From: Eledone cirrhosa
Taxonomy: Eukaryota
DNA: 64,000 bases
Direction: 5' to 3'
Assembly: GCA_964016885.1 (NCBI GenBank)
Contig: OZ024747.1
Coordinates: forward strand, 85,870,001 to 85,934,000
Shown: positions 1-15,090 of the stretch, piece after piece
Layout of the letters: each line of letters begins with the position of its first letter
Numbering within the stretch: position 1 is the stretch's first letter
Made by a program: the position numbers and the translations under genes
Notes under the pieces: model-generated
What the model was told of the DNA's origin: nothing
Database searches by the model: none
The model's input: the letters and a program-made list of their open reading frames with translations, nothing else

Positions 1-123
1 GGTGAGTATTGACAAATTAGAGTTTATTTTTTGTAGTTCTAGGAGTATCTCTTGATTGATGCTAATGAGAGTGGAGTCTGTTTTTGTTTTAGTAGGCATT
101 TTCTGTATCTCGTGTGGGAGTAA

Positions 124-904
<781 letters not shown>

Positions 905-929
905 TATACATATTTATATATGTAGGAAA

Positions 930-1110
930 GGTGGATTGGCAGTATCGGTAGAGGGTTTGACGCCATGCTTTCCAGCATAGTTACGTCCCTTTATGATCTG
1001 AGTTCAAATCCCGCCGAGGTTGACTTTGCCTTTCATCCTTACGGGGTCGATAAAATAAAGTACCAGTAATGCACTGGGTAATTGCTGGCCTTGTGCCTAA
1101 AGTAGAAACA

Positions 1111-1146
<36 letters not shown>
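930..1146 (+). mobile_element. tRNA-derived SINE with Meta/MESC-type central domain and (ATT)n tail
   Basis: A-box-like tggcagtatcgg, B-box gagttcaaatccc, central gcctttcatccttacggggtcgataaaataaagtaccag, (att)n tail; many copies in window. Confidence 0.9.
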
Positions 1147-1178
<32 letters not shown>

Positions 1179-1187
1179 TTATATATG

Positions 1188-1320
1188 TAGGAAAATGTTT
1201 AACCCCGACGGCAAAGCTCAAGCCGTTTCGGGGTTAAACATTTTCCTATTACCCACTCTTGTACCCTAAGTAGTGGTGCGTTATGGTCCATCTGGTTCCT
1301 TACCACACTTCCTTCGTTTA
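1188..1320 (+). mobile_element. Short HHR-3'-half family ('family Q') copy with inverted 5' arm
   Basis: taggaaaatgtttaaccccga / tcggggttaaacattttccta inverted pair; body shared with copies at 13635, 20580, 21412, 25279, 26115, 53358. Confidence 0.75.
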
Positions 1321-1409
1321 TGGATGCGTGTATGTATATATTTAATTTCAATTACCTCTGTATTTTATTTACTTTATTCTTAACTCTGAAGCCGAGAATC
1401 ATTCGGTTT

Positions 1410-1700
1410 CCTAAATAGAATTTTAATCTACGACTTCAGTTATACCATTTACGTGGTTTTGTCTTTGCGTGTAATTGTTCTCACCGCTCCATATAATGAC
1501 GTATTATCTTCGTTTTTTCCGTTCATTGCCAGAGAAAATCTACATGAAACACCTAATAGAATATTAGTCTACGACTTCATTTAAACCATAAACGTGGGTT
1601 TGTCTTTGCGCGTAATTGTTTTCACCGCACCAAAATAATGACGTATTATCTTCGTTTTTTTCCCGTTCTTCGCTAGGGAACGTTTCCACGAAACAAAGTA
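1410..1700. repeat. Diverged tandem duplication, period ~141 bp
   Basis: tctacgacttca...aatgacgtattatcttcgtttttt starts at 1427 and again at 1568. Confidence 0.85.
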
Positions 1701-1773
1701 TCGTCTTCCTGTCTTCCTTCGGTTGTAATGTTTTTTGAAATATTTATTTCTGCTTTCACAGATTGACTTTTTT

Positions 1774-1824
1774 AGTTTCTGAAGATCCCGTTAAGGGTGA
1801 AAGCTGCGATTCTTTGCTTAAACT
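1774..1824 (+). ncRNA. Type-I hammerhead ribozyme motif
   Basis: agttt-CTGAAGA-tccc/gttaa/gggt-GAAAgc...gCTT-aaact; stems I, II and III pair. Confidence 0.65.
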
Positions 1825-1890
1825 TTAATCTGTTATTTTAATAATATATATATTATATATATTTTAATAATATATATATATATATATTTT

Positions 1891-2103
<213 letters not shown>

Positions 2104-2127
2104 CATATATATACATATATATATATA

Positions 2128-2575
2128 CAATATATTAATAAATGGAAACTATATTTATAAAACCATATTTATTTTATTATATATGTTTCAAGGACAACCA
2201 AGGCAAATTATGGTGCGCTTTCATCAGATAAAATACAGATTTGTTTTATAAATAAATATTGACATACCCGGAAAAAAGACAACCTTAACGGTTGGAGCTT
2301 CCTGGATAGTATGTATATATTTAATGTATATATTTATTTTCCGGGTATGTCAATATTTATTTATAAAACAAATCTGTATTTTATCTGATGAAAGTGCACC
2401 ATAATTTCCCTTGGTTGCCCTTGAAATATATATAATATAATAAATATGGTTTTATAAATATAGTTTCCATTTATTAATATATTGTGTATCTACTCCACCA
2501 ACTTGTTGAGTGCTTTATATCAGTTATAAACATTTTTAAGGTTGTTGAATCCCAACAAATTAAATATAACCTCTG
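2128..2575 (+). mobile_element. Foldback HHR element in (TA)n (arms ~2128-2275 / ~2337-2484)
   Basis: Near-perfect ~148-bp inverted arms; CTGATGA at 2385, GAAA at 2423; 3' actc..gagtgc hairpin 2492-2513. Confidence 0.8.
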
Positions 2576-2576
2576 C

Positions 2577-3229
<653 letters not shown>

Positions 3230-3873
3230 TATATATATATATATATATCTGTGTGTGTGTATGTACGTATATATAGACATATACATGTACATGCGCGCAC
3301 ACATATATACACACACTTAGATATAGGTATATAAATAGTAAAGGAGGATGTCTATGAGACATGCTGTATGGTAAAGTACCAAAAGTACACCAGAACTCTT
3401 ACCAATTCTATTCATCTGTCACGTTTTCCTACAATATTTCTCTCATCCTTTTTTTTTTCATCTCAGCAATTCATTTACTTGTTTCACTCATTAGACTCTA
3501 CCAGGTTGTCTTAATTATTTCCTGAGATCAATAAATATGTAATGACATCTTCATCACTATTACTATTTTGGTATTTGTTATGTTTATAGACTGTGTGTAT
3601 TTCCCCCTGAAATACATATACATACATAAATACATTCATACATATATCTATACATGTTTGTGTTTGTGTGTATGTGTGTGTGTGCGTGTGTGTGTGTTTG
3701 TGTGTGTATGTGAGGGGGTGTTTATCAACGTATGTGTATGTGTTTTATACGTATTGGTTGATGTGTACATATGTCATGAAGATAGCTTGTTCTCATGTTT
3801 TGCATATAAGTGTCACACAAAAAACAGATTAAATAACATCTATCATATGTCAATTTAGCAGTTTTGAAACATC

Positions 3874-3960
<87 letters not shown>

Positions 3961-3986
3961 TGTGTATATATATATATATATATGTA

Positions 3987-4197
3987 CAGTAGCGGACTAG
4001 GTCTAAAAATATTGGTTGCCAGATGAAGGGGGCCCACCTACATATAGAATGCTATCATTTAATTTTTATAATGAATAAATAACATTTTTAAAAAATACAT
4101 AACTGGAAACAAAACAGTGCAATCAAATTTTTGCGGGAAAATATCTCACCTTCTCCAATAAAAAATATTATGTATTTTGCGAAGTCCAGAGACTTTC
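3987..4197. mobile_element. Possible hAT-like DNA transposon/MITE end
   Basis: Begins cagtagcggactagg, resembling CAGTGGCGG-type hAT termini; no partner TIR found. Confidence 0.3.
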
Positions 4198-4385
4198 AAT
4201 AATTGTTTCTACTTTAGGCACAAGGCCAGCAATTACCCAGTGCATTACTGGTACTTTATTTTATCGACCCCGTAAGGATGAAAGGCAAAGTCAACCTCGG
4301 CGGGATTTGAACTCAGATCGTAAAGGGACGTAACTACGCTGGAAAGCATGGTGTCCGACCCTCCACCGATACTGCCAATCCACCG
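4198..4385 (-). mobile_element. tRNA/Meta SINE, full length
   Basis: Reverse complement of the 930-1110 copy. Confidence 0.9.
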
Positions 4386-4453
4386 TTCAATAATGACCTT
4401 TGGTCTTTCACATTCATTCAGTATATATATGTGTGTGTGTGTGTGTATGTGTG

Positions 4454-4515
<62 letters not shown>

Positions 4516-4517
<2 letters not shown>

Positions 4518-4745
4518 ACTCTTGGTGCTCCTGGAGATGAGGGTTGTACATTTTTTCGGGGTGTGTACAACACCTGTGTAACACCTCCCCCCTATTGGGG
4601 ATTTCAATTATTATTTGTTATTTTATTAATAGTTTTATTTTCATATACCTGTATGTAAACTCCCCAGTTGTATTTGTCCCCTTCTTTTGTGCCCTTGTGG
4701 CTAATAAAGAAATATATCTATCTACCTATATATCTATCTATCTAT
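4516..4745 (+). mobile_element. 5'-truncated 3' UTR of the Tx1/L1-like LINE, within (TATC)n
   Basis: ccccctattgggga and tttgtccccttcttttgtgcccttgtggctaataaagaaa match the reverse complement of LINE 3' ends at ~58105-58235 and ~62498-62630. Confidence 0.85.
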
Positions 4746-4949
4746 ATATTTAATAAAATAAAACAAGGACGAGTGGTTACTCCTTCATTACGTTTATTGG
4801 TTGGTGACGTGCGTTTCGTTACTGATTAGCTTAAGGTTCGATTTGTATCGATCTGGCCTGACTCTGTAATCCGCGGCTCGGCAGACCCTTTTAGTGGTAA
4901 TTATATATATAAAAACTCAGATTACATTTATTGTAGGGACATAGCTTAT

Positions 4950-5024
4950 CGCCCGGTCCAGGAATCGAACTCACTAACTCACGATTGTGAATACAATTCT
5001 CTAACAACTCAGCCACGCGCCTTC
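4950..5024 (-). mobile_element. Head of a second tRNA-derived SINE
   Basis: Reverse strand ggcgcgtggctgagttgttag...gagttcgattcctgg (A and B boxes). Confidence 0.65.
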
Positions 5025-5047
5025 ACACACACACACACACACACATA

Positions 5048-5090
<43 letters not shown>

Positions 5091-6017
5091 ATATATATAA
5101 TATATATATATATACACGCACACAGACACACACGCACTCACATACACGCATAAACCCACACGTACCCACATAAACATTTATATATGTAATATTGATTATG
5201 TTTGTCACCGTGCGTTTGTTTGTGAGTGTGTGTATACACGTGTATACATGTGTGTATGTGTGTGTGCGTGCCTGTGTAACTGCTTATTATTTGTGTTATA
5301 TCTTGTATATCGAAGATCTCGCACTAGTTGACAATATAGGGAAATTTCACAACACAAGTGAAGGAAAATAACTGGAAAGAAAATGGCGTCGGTGGCAGCA
5401 GTTGAAATAATTAGTTGAGCAAACGATCACATCAACTTGATGTGCACCAAACGTCTTTCCACGACACACTGGAAACATTATCGCTTCGCGATTTTGCTGA
5501 AAGGTTAACTCTATCATGCCGTTTGTTCAAACATAAAACTGATTTCACAGTAAACACTGAAAGATAAACTGTAGGAAATTAAAACATGATTAATTGATTT
5601 ATAAAATCAATTCAGGTGACAAGTTTGAGTAATGTCAGAATAAATAGAAACTAAAATAATAAATATATATCCACACACATATATACACACATACATGGAG
5701 TCACACAGACATACATGCACGCACACAGATTTATGTTAGCACAAAAGCAGCAAAGTTGAAATAGAATCATGCTATTTCTTACAATTTTTTCAGCAATCTC
5801 TTTCTCTCATTAAATATGCAATAATTTCCTGCGATGAATAAATAAATCATTAAACATCTTTGCCAAGTAGCAGTGTTGTGGAAATAGTGAAAGCATTGGA
5901 GAGGGCCACGGGGTGATATGGCTTTGTAGTAAAATAAATACAGGCTTAGACATTTTTTTAGTGTGGTCATAGCAAGAAGTATCAAAAACTAACTTCATTA
6001 GCTTTCCAAACTTTTAA

Positions 6018-6165
6018 GTTGAATCCCGCCGAGGTTAACTTTGGCTTTCATCCTTACGGGGGCGATAAAATAAAGTACCAGTAATGTACTGGAGTTGATT
6101 TAATCGACTTTCTCCTCCCCTTCAAATTTCTGGCCTTGTGCCTAAAGTAGAAACAATTATTATCA
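6018..6165 (+). mobile_element. tRNA/Meta SINE, 5'-truncated, longer 3' variant
   Basis: Shared central domain plus extra ggagttgatttaatcgactttctcctcccc segment, also seen at ~10690. Confidence 0.85.
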
Positions 6166-6202
6166 TTATTATTTTATTTTATCATTATTATTTTATTTTG
6201 AG

Positions 6203-6397
6203 GGCGGTGGATTGGCAGTATCGGTAGAGGGTCGGACGCCATGCTTTGTAGCAAAGATTTACGGTCCTTTATGGTCTGAGTTCAAATCCCGCCGAGGTTA
6301 ACTTTGCCTTTCATCCTTACGGGGTCGATAAAATAAAGTACCAGTAATACACTGGGTAATTTGCTGACCTTGGGCCAAAAGTAGAAACAATTATTAT
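6203..6397 (+). mobile_element. tRNA/Meta SINE, full length
   Basis: Same consensus as 930-1110. Confidence 0.9.
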
Positions 6398-6599
6398 TTT
6401 ATTTATTTTATTATGATTTTCTTGGGAGGGGGAGGGGTAATAGGGCGCATGCCTATATGACGGGGGTGGACAACTCAAGCTAGGACGTTAAATAGCCAAG
6501 CACCAGCTCTTGGTGTAAGGGAAAATTGGTGTTTGATGGTTGATTTGGGGCATTTAATACAATTTTTAGCGCCCAAGGAGTGCAATTTTATAGAAATAG

Positions 6600-8335
6600 T
6601 TGTATTCGGGTGTTTGATGGTATAGTCGAATGTTCAGGTATGTTGGTGATGTTGCTATATGTTCAGGTAAGTTTGTTGGTATAATATTGTGTTCAGGTGT
6701 GTTGGTATAATATTATGTTCAGGTGTGTTGATTGGTATAATATTGTGTTCAGGTGTGTTGGTATAATATTGTGTTCAGGTGTGTTGGTATAATATTATGT
6801 TCAGGTGTGTTGGTATAATATTATGTTCAGGTGTCTTGGTATAATATTATGTTCAGGTGTGTTGGTATAATATTGTGTTCAGGTGTGTTGGTATAATATT
6901 GTATTCAGGTGTGTTGGTATAATATTGTATTCAGGTGTGTTGGCTGGTATAATATTGTGTTCAGGTGTGTTAGTATAATATTATGTTCAGGTGTGTTGAT
7001 TGGTATAATATTGTGTTCAGGTGTGTTGATTGGTATAATATTGTATTCAGGTGTGTTGATTGGTATAATATTGTATTCAGGTGTGTTGGTATAATATTAT
7101 GTTCAGGTGTGTTGATTGGTATAATATTGTATTCAGGTGTGTTGGTATAATATTGTATTCAGGTGTGTTGGCTGGTATAATATTGTGTTCAGGTGTGTTG
7201 GTATAATATTGTGTTCAGGTGTGTTGGTATAATATTATGTTCAGGTGTGTTGGTATAATATTGTGTTCAGGTGTGTTGGTATAATATTATGTTCAGGTGT
7301 GTTGATTGGTATAATATTGTGTTCAGGTGTGTTGGTATAATATTGTGTTCAGGTGTGTTGGTATAATATTATGTTCAGGTGTGTTGGTATAATATTGTGT
7401 TCAGGTGTGTTGGTATAATATTATGTTCAGGTGTGTTGATTGGTATAATATTGTGTTCAGGTGTGTTGGTATAATATTGTGTTCAGGTGTGTTGGTATAA
7501 TATTATGTTCAGGTGTGTTGGTATAATATTGTGTTCAGGTGTGTTGGTATAATATTATGTTCAGGTGTGTTGGTATAATATTGTGTTCAGGTGTGTTGGT
7601 ATAATATTGTATTCAGGTGTGTTGGTATAATATTGTATTCAGGTGTGTTGGCTGGTATAATATTGTGTTCAGGTGTGTTAGTATAATATTATGTTCAGGT
7701 GTGTTGATTGGTATAATATTGTGTTCAGGTGTGTTGATTGGTATAATATTGTATTCAGGTGTGTTGATTGGTATAATATTGTATTCAGGTGTGTTGGTAT
7801 AATATTGTGTTCAGGTGTGTTGGTTGGTATAATATTGTGTTCAGGTGTGTTGATTGGTATAATATTGTATTCAGGTGTGTTGGTATAATATTATGTTCAG
7901 GTGTATTGGTTGGTATAATATTGTGTTCAGGTGTGTTGATTGGTATAATATTGTATTCAGGTGTGTTGGTATAATATTGTGTTCAGGTGTATTGGTTGGT
8001 ATAATATTGTATTCAGGTGTGTTGGTATAATATTGTGTTCAGGTGTATTGGTTGGTATAATATTGTATTCAGGTGTGTTGGTTGGTATAATATTGTATTC
8101 AGGTGTGTTGGTATAATATTGTGTTCAGGTGTATTGGTTGGTATAATATTGTGTTCAAGTGTGTTGGTTGGTATAATATTGTGTTCAGGTGTATTGGTTG
8201 GTATAATATTGTGTTCAAGTGTGTTGGTTGGTATAATATTGTGTTCAAGTGTGTTGGTTGGTGTTGTCATGTGTTCAGGTGTGTTGGTTGGTGTTGTCAT
8301 GATTACAGGTGTGTTGGTTGGTGTTGTCATATATC
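6600..8335. repeat. Minisatellite, 26/30-bp units ggtataatattgtgttcaggtgtgtt(gatt)
   Basis: Direct tandem array with degenerate edges. Confidence 0.97.
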
Positions 8336-8575
8336 CAGGACGGGGCGGGTAATATATCTGAAGGTAGAGGTGTTCACCAATTGATGGGAAGGGAACAAAG
8401 TAATGTAAGAAGGTATCAGGTGGTTGGTAGCGGAGGTAAGGTGGCGCCGATGGGGATTTGAAAACATGTTTGTTTACAGTTAGAATAATGAAGAACCTAT
8501 CTATAGATTGATTTGTTTTACACTTCTTTTGAACACACACATACATACATATATATATATATATACACATATACT

Positions 8576-8612
<37 letters not shown>

Positions 8613-8715
8613 GGGAGAGAGACAGAGAGAGAAAGATGTGTATATACATTCATACACATATACTTGAGTGTGTTTGTGTGTATGTTTATATGTAGATGTA
8701 CATGTCTATATCAAA

Positions 8716-8817
<102 letters not shown>

Positions 8818-9026
8818 GTATATACATATATATATACGTATATACATATATATATATACGTATATACATATATATATACGTATATACATATATATATATA
8901 CGTATATATATATATATATATACGTATATACATACACGCATATACATACATGCATACGTGCATATGCGCGCGCACATACACATACACATGTATCTCTGTA
9001 TCTCTCTCTCTCTCTCTATCTATCTC

Positions 9027-9088
<62 letters not shown>

Positions 9089-9389
9089 CATCTATCTATA
9101 TGAAATTAACTTATAACATTACAACACAATGTACATAACATAACAAAATTCTCCCCGGTATTTTTACCTGAGTAAAAATGTAACTTTTTACCATTTCAAC
9201 ATTTCAACATTATTGGTTTACAGATTTACCATATAAATCCCTCTTCCCCCCTCACATCTCCCCCCTCTCCTCCTACTCCCCTCTCACCTCCCTCTTCTCT
9301 TCCACATGACGTCACGTTCCTATGTCTTTCCATCTCTTCTTTAGCTTTTATCTCTAGATTTCGTCATTGTTAATGCTTTCCCTAATGCT

Positions 9390-9622
9390 GTAGTAGTTGT
9401 AGTTGTAGTAGTAGTAGTGGTATTGGTAGTGGTAGTGGTAGTAGTAGTAGTAGTAGTGGTGGCGGTGGCGGTGATAGTAGTAGTGGTGGTGGTAGTGTGG
9501 TGGTGGTAGTGGTAGTAGTAGTGATGGTATTGGTGGCCGTAGTAGTAGTAGTAGTGGTGGTGGTGGTGGTGATGGTGGTGGTTGTAGTAGTAGTAGTAGT
9601 AGTAATAGTAGTGGTGGTGGTG

Positions 9623-9664
<42 letters not shown>

Positions 9665-9682
9665 ATGGTGGTGGTGGTGGCG

Positions 9683-9730
<48 letters not shown>

Positions 9731-9752
9731 ATAGTGGTAGTAATAGTGGTGA

Positions 9753-9803
<51 letters not shown>

Positions 9804-9880
9804 CTGTTGCTGTTGTTCTTCTAATAATTGTTGACGTTGTTGTTGACATTGTTGTAGTTGTAGTTGTAGTAGTAGTTGTT
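9390..9880. repeat. (GTA)n/(GTG)n/(GTT)n trinucleotide complex
   Basis: Seen directly. Confidence 0.95.
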
Positions 9881-10318
9881 ATTTTAGTTTCAAGTTTTAT
9901 GTGTTTCCTTGTATTTTTTATTATATATTTTTATATACTTCATAGCTTCTGTTTTGTAATTTTTCTCCGTCGTCAGTGTAAGTTATTAGTTTGTTGTGTT
10001 GGCGGCATAACATCTAAAGAATTTTGTCAAATAGGGGTTACTCGGCTGGGTTCAACCGGTGCAGTTAGCATATTATACATCTTTATTTCGTTGTATTTAT
10101 TTATTTAAAATATTTTTACAATGAATTATTGTTTAGTTCTTTTTTTTTCCAATGTGTCATGTCTTTTTTTACAATTTCTTGTTTTTTTTATTTTCCTAAA
10201 TTTTTTAAATACTATTTTTAAATTTTATTTTTATTCGCTTTTTTATTTACTGCATTTGTCTTCATTAAAAAAAAAGGTTTCTTTTTGTAGTTGTGGTTAT
10301 TCAACATCTTCCCTTTTA

Positions 10319-10545
10319 TCTTCTTCTTCTTCTTCTTCTTCTTCTTCTTCTTCTTCTTCTTCTTCTTCTTCTTCTTTTTCTTCTTCTTCTTCTTCTTCTT
10401 CTTCTTCTTCTTCTTCTTCTTCTTCTTCTTCTCCACTTTTTCGCCATTGTTATCTCTCTTACTCCTCCCACTCTCCTCCCCCTCCTCCCCTTCCTCCTCA
10501 TCGTCCTCCTCTTCCTCCTCCTCATCCCCATCCTCCTTCTTTTCC
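10319..10545. repeat. (CTT)n then (CCT)-rich microsatellite
   Basis: Seen directly. Confidence 0.95.
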
Positions 10546-10574
10546 TTGATTCATTCCGTCATTAGAGTTAAACA

Positions 10575-10770
10575 TGTTTTGCACCATATAGTTACGTCCA
10601 TTTACATTCCGAGTTCAAATTCTGCCAAGGTTAGCTTTGTCTTTCATCCATACTTAAGGGTTCGGTAAAATAAAATACCAGTAACAAACTGGGGTCGATT
10701 TAACCGACTTTCCTGTCCCCACCAAAACGAATTGTTGGCCTTGTGCCTAAATCAGAAACCCTTATAATTC
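10575..10770 (+). mobile_element. Diverged tRNA/Meta SINE
   Basis: gagttcaaattctgccaaggttagctttgtctttcatcc...ggccttgtgcctaaa. Confidence 0.8.
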
Positions 10771-10828
10771 AACCTTTCCAAGTTCCACTTGGAAAGGAAG
10801 ATGGAGATGGAAAGGGAAATGTTGCTCC

Positions 10829-10873
10829 ATTTGTTAAAATGTGGGTGAATGTTGCGAGAATGGCCCGAGTGTC
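10829..10873 (+). pseudogene. Tiny fragment of Tx1/L1 ORF2 C-terminus
   Basis: FVKMWVNVARMARV resembles FTERWVNVAKMARV (~58370) and FYERWVKVARMARV (~62770). Confidence 0.6.
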
Positions 10874-10929
10874 ACAGAAGAATGAAGAGGGGGGAGGGGG
10901 AGGTGACGGGCTCTGGCCCTGGGTGCGGC

Positions 10930-11050
10930 GGTAATGGGCTTGCGCCCCGCGGACAAGAGCGCAAAAGCATTCCCGCAAACAATTGCCAGCGACACCCATT
11001 GCAACAGCCGCCCCACCTCGCGTGACTCCCTCCTGAGACGGACCACCGAG
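10930..11050 (-). pseudogene. CRE-clade LINE C-terminal fragment
   Basis: RRESREVGRLLQWVSLAIVCGNAFALLSAG parallels RRCEPREFEWLFQRVSLAVLRGNAFSILSAG at 22552-22836. Confidence 0.65.
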
Positions 11051-11129
11051 GCTCCGATCTTGCGGAGGAGCTCGGCAGTACGGGTCCAAGTACGCCTGAG
11101 GTCTCGACGGCGACCGGTGCTTGCTTTTG

Positions 11130-11845
11130 CTGTCGTTATTGTTACTGTTGTTATTATGGTTGACTGGCTTTTTGTTGTTCTAGTTGGTGACAGTGATAGT
11201 GGTGTGTGGTGGTTGTTGTGGTGGTTTGTAGCGGTGGTGGTGGTGGTGGTTGTTGTTGGGGAGGTTGTAGTGGTGTTGGTATTGGTGGTGGTGGTGGTGG
11301 TGGTCTGTGGTGCTGGTTGTGGTATAGGTTGAGAAGATAGGATGGTATAAAGAGAACAATGACTGTAACCAGAGGATTGATCGGTGGCGAATGGTGGGGG
11401 TGGGGTGGTTGTGGTTGTGGTGGTGGTGTAATGATGTTGGTAATGGCTGTGGTGGTGGAGGTGGTAATGGTGGGCGTGGATATTGTGGTAATGGTGGTTG
11501 TGGTGGTGGTGGTATTGGTGGTTGTGGTGGTGGTGGTAATGTTGGTTGTGGTGGTAGTGGTGGTAATGGCGGTTGTGGTGGTGGTGGTAATGTTGGTTGT
11601 GGTGGTGGTGGTGGTAATGATGGTTGTGGTGGTGGTGGTGGTGGTAGTGGTGGTTGTGGTGGTGGTGGTGGTGATAAAGGTGGTTGTGGTGGTAATGGAT
11701 GTGGTAGTGGTTGTTGTCGAGAAAACGTTGGTTAAAGGCAGTGACTGTAGTAAGGAGGTTTGTGGTGTTGCTGTTGTTGTTGTTGTGCTAGTGGTGCAGA
11801 TGTAGATGTTGATGATGGTATTATTGGTGGTGGTGGTGGTGGTGA
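11130..11845. repeat. (GTG)n/(GTT)n low-complexity tract
   Basis: Seen directly. Confidence 0.9.
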
Positions 11846-11987
11846 TTTCCAGCAAATAATATTGCTTCGTGATGACGCTACAATCGTTGTGTACCCTGTG
11901 ACCTTTTCCAGCAAATGTCCTGGAAACATCAGTTAGGCTACGCAGACAGGAATACACCACACACACACACACACAGACATGTGGGTG

Positions 11988-12610
<623 letters not shown>

Positions 12611-13634
12611 TGAATAAATGAATAAATGAATAAATAACCAATGTTTAGAACATTATTTAATTGATTTACATATGTTTCATTCAAATAATGAAGTAATTCA
12701 ACTGTATAGAAATCGTCAGAATCATTAGATAATATAAGAAATATAATTTTTTACCAACCGCATGTTTAGACACGAAAATTCGAAAAGCGTAAACAAGTAT
12801 TGCAAATGATAGAAAAAAGGTTAAAATTATGGAAGTCTAGACGTGTAAAATATATTTTTTTTACTATATATATTATATAGTGGTTAGTTTAACTAGTTTA
12901 TTTAATACTCGTATTTTGACTGTAATAAACTTTGTAGGAGTGAAATTAGGGCTTATCAATTTAATAACATTTATTAATTAAAGTTTCAACCAATTTTAAT
13001 TCTAAGTATATTGTATGTTAAGAAATAAATAATATAAAATTTATGGAAGCTCATATTAGGAATAATATATCAATCTTTTGGATGATTTATAATTCTGAAG
13101 CTCGATTTACCTAAAAGTTGCGTACGTATGTACAGACATATCTACGTACACACACATGTAGATACACACACACACACATACACACGTGCGGGTATATGTT
13201 TGTCTTTTTCCAATCTTGCTGTGGATAATAAAATCACATTAGAGCTTTGAATATCTGTACGCCTTATAGAGTTGTATTATCAACTCCTTAGTTCCACCTT
13301 ATATTGCGAAACCATTTTGCTGGTTTGAGAGCTGATGAGAGTGAAGATCTGTGTATGTGTAAACTTGTCTTATACATTGTCTTTCTTTAATTCTTTCTTC
13401 CAGTCACTTCTGTGTGCCAGTGCACTTATCCTCGTCCTCCTTCTCTCTCTATTTTTTTCTATATTTCATCTGCCTGTCATTCACCCTGTGGATGTCTGTC
13501 TGTTGACCACTGGCCGCTGCCCTCTGTCCTCTGAGGCATTTTTGTCCATGTCTTTGACAACATTTAACTGTTTTAACGGTTGTTCTTGCGCTGATTTTTC
13601 TCATTTTTATATGTAGTCAATATACAGTATATAT

Positions 13635-13782
13635 AGGAAAAGGGTCAGGGAGTTCGGATCTATCTGTCGAAACGGTCGGAGCTCAGCCGTCGGGGTCCTG
13701 ACTCTTTTTCTATTACTACCCTAAGTATCGAGTACTCTAGTGCGTTATGGTCCATCTGGTTCCTTACCACACTTTCTTTGTT
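13635..13782 (+). mobile_element. Family Q copy with short inverted 5' arm
   Basis: gtcGAAACggtcggagctcagccGTCggggtc...gagtactc...ggttccttaccacac. Confidence 0.75.
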
Positions 13783-13787
13783 ATATG

Positions 13788-13829
<42 letters not shown>

Positions 13830-13847
13830 TACATCTGCTTCTCTGAC

Positions 13848-14129
13848 CGCTCATGAAATTCACCCAGCTTATGCTGATCGGATAACTATCATGTGGCTTG
13901 TGGTTTTCCCAACCTTCGGTTTGCTTTTCCTTCTGTTGTTTACTTGTCCCCCTCGCTTTACGCGTTTTACTTGTCCCAATAGCTTATTTTAGTTATTGCT
14001 CGCACCAGCCTGAGGTATCTGATTTTTAATGCGATGAAATACCAATGATGGTTGGCAAATCACTGATGAGGGACTAATTTTATAATATGTAATCCATGTG
14101 CAACCATGCAGTATTCTTCTCCCTTTGTT

Positions 14130-14216
<87 letters not shown>

Positions 14217-14505
14217 TAAAACATGAGAAGAAAGAAGAATACTGCGTGGTTGCACATGGGTTACATATGATAAAAATAGTCCTTCGTCAGTGATTTTCCA
14301 ACCATCATTGGTATTTCATCGCATTAAAAATCAGATACCTCAGGTTGGTGCGAGCAATAACTAAAAAAGTTATTGGGACCAGTAAATCGCGTAAAGCGAG
14401 GGGGACAAGTGAACAACATAGAAGGATAAAAGCAAACCAAAGAAAGGAAATAAACAAGCAACATGGTAGTCCTGGTCAGCATAAGCTGGGTGGGTTTCAT
14501 GAGCG
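13848..14505. mobile_element. Two diverged copies of one ~290-bp family, tail-to-tail around (TA)n
   Basis: 13848-14133 (+) is an imperfect reverse complement of 14218-14505; both carry ctgaYga-(a/g)ggac but no matching GAAA half. Confidence 0.8.
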
Positions 14506-14694
14506 AAAGGTACAGACACGTTCAGCGTGAGTGGGATGTAAGCAAGAAGAGGCCCACTGTTAGCCAAACGGGAGGAAGTGAGAAGGGGAGAAACAGAGAG
14601 TGAGTGAGTGGAAGTGCGAGGAAGCGGTCAGTCGAGAGAAAATGTAACTGACATATATATATATACGTATATCTGGCATTACATTACAACGTTA

Positions 14695-14764
14695 GTTCTT
14701 CTCCGATGACCCTGTGATAAACAGGCGAAACTTCAGAGGAACAAGATTCACTGTTTAGCCTTAA
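14695..14764 (+). ncRNA. Degenerate HHR motif (second copy on - at ~18515-18585)
   Basis: cCGATGA-ccctg tgataaa cagg-cGAAAC ttc agagga; core mutated in both copies. Confidence 0.5.
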
Positions 14765-14905
14765 TAATAATTGTTTCTACTTTTTGGCACAAGGCCAGCA
14801 AATTAACCAGTGCATTACTGGTACTTTATTTTATTGACCCCGTAAGGATGAAAGGCAAAGTTAACTTCGGCGGGATTCGAACTCAGAATGGCAAGGGCCA
14901 TAACT
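14765..14905 (-). mobile_element. tRNA/Meta SINE, 5'-truncated
   Basis: Reverse complement of SINE consensus. Confidence 0.88.
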
Positions 14906-15090
14906 CTTAATAATGAGAATATATATATATGTATATACTCAATTATAATATACGGCTCGGAAAAGTTTCTTTCCTAGAGCTATTTTATTATGAGAGACTA
15001 TTTTGAGTTTCTAACTCAATATATACCTTTGATATGTATATACTCATACATTTATATACACTACAAAGACCAATGTACCGACTTAATCTA

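Noticed and set aside
930-1020. tRNA gene
   Set aside because: A/B boxes continue into a multi-copy SINE body and tail, with no complete cloverleaf.
6600-8335. CRISPR-like array (also considered 40700-42069)
   Set aside because: No unique spacers, no cas genes, eukaryotic context.
13332-13350. Isolated CTGATGA matches (also ~33962)
   Set aside because: No paired stem II/GAAA/stem I arrangement found; expected by chance.
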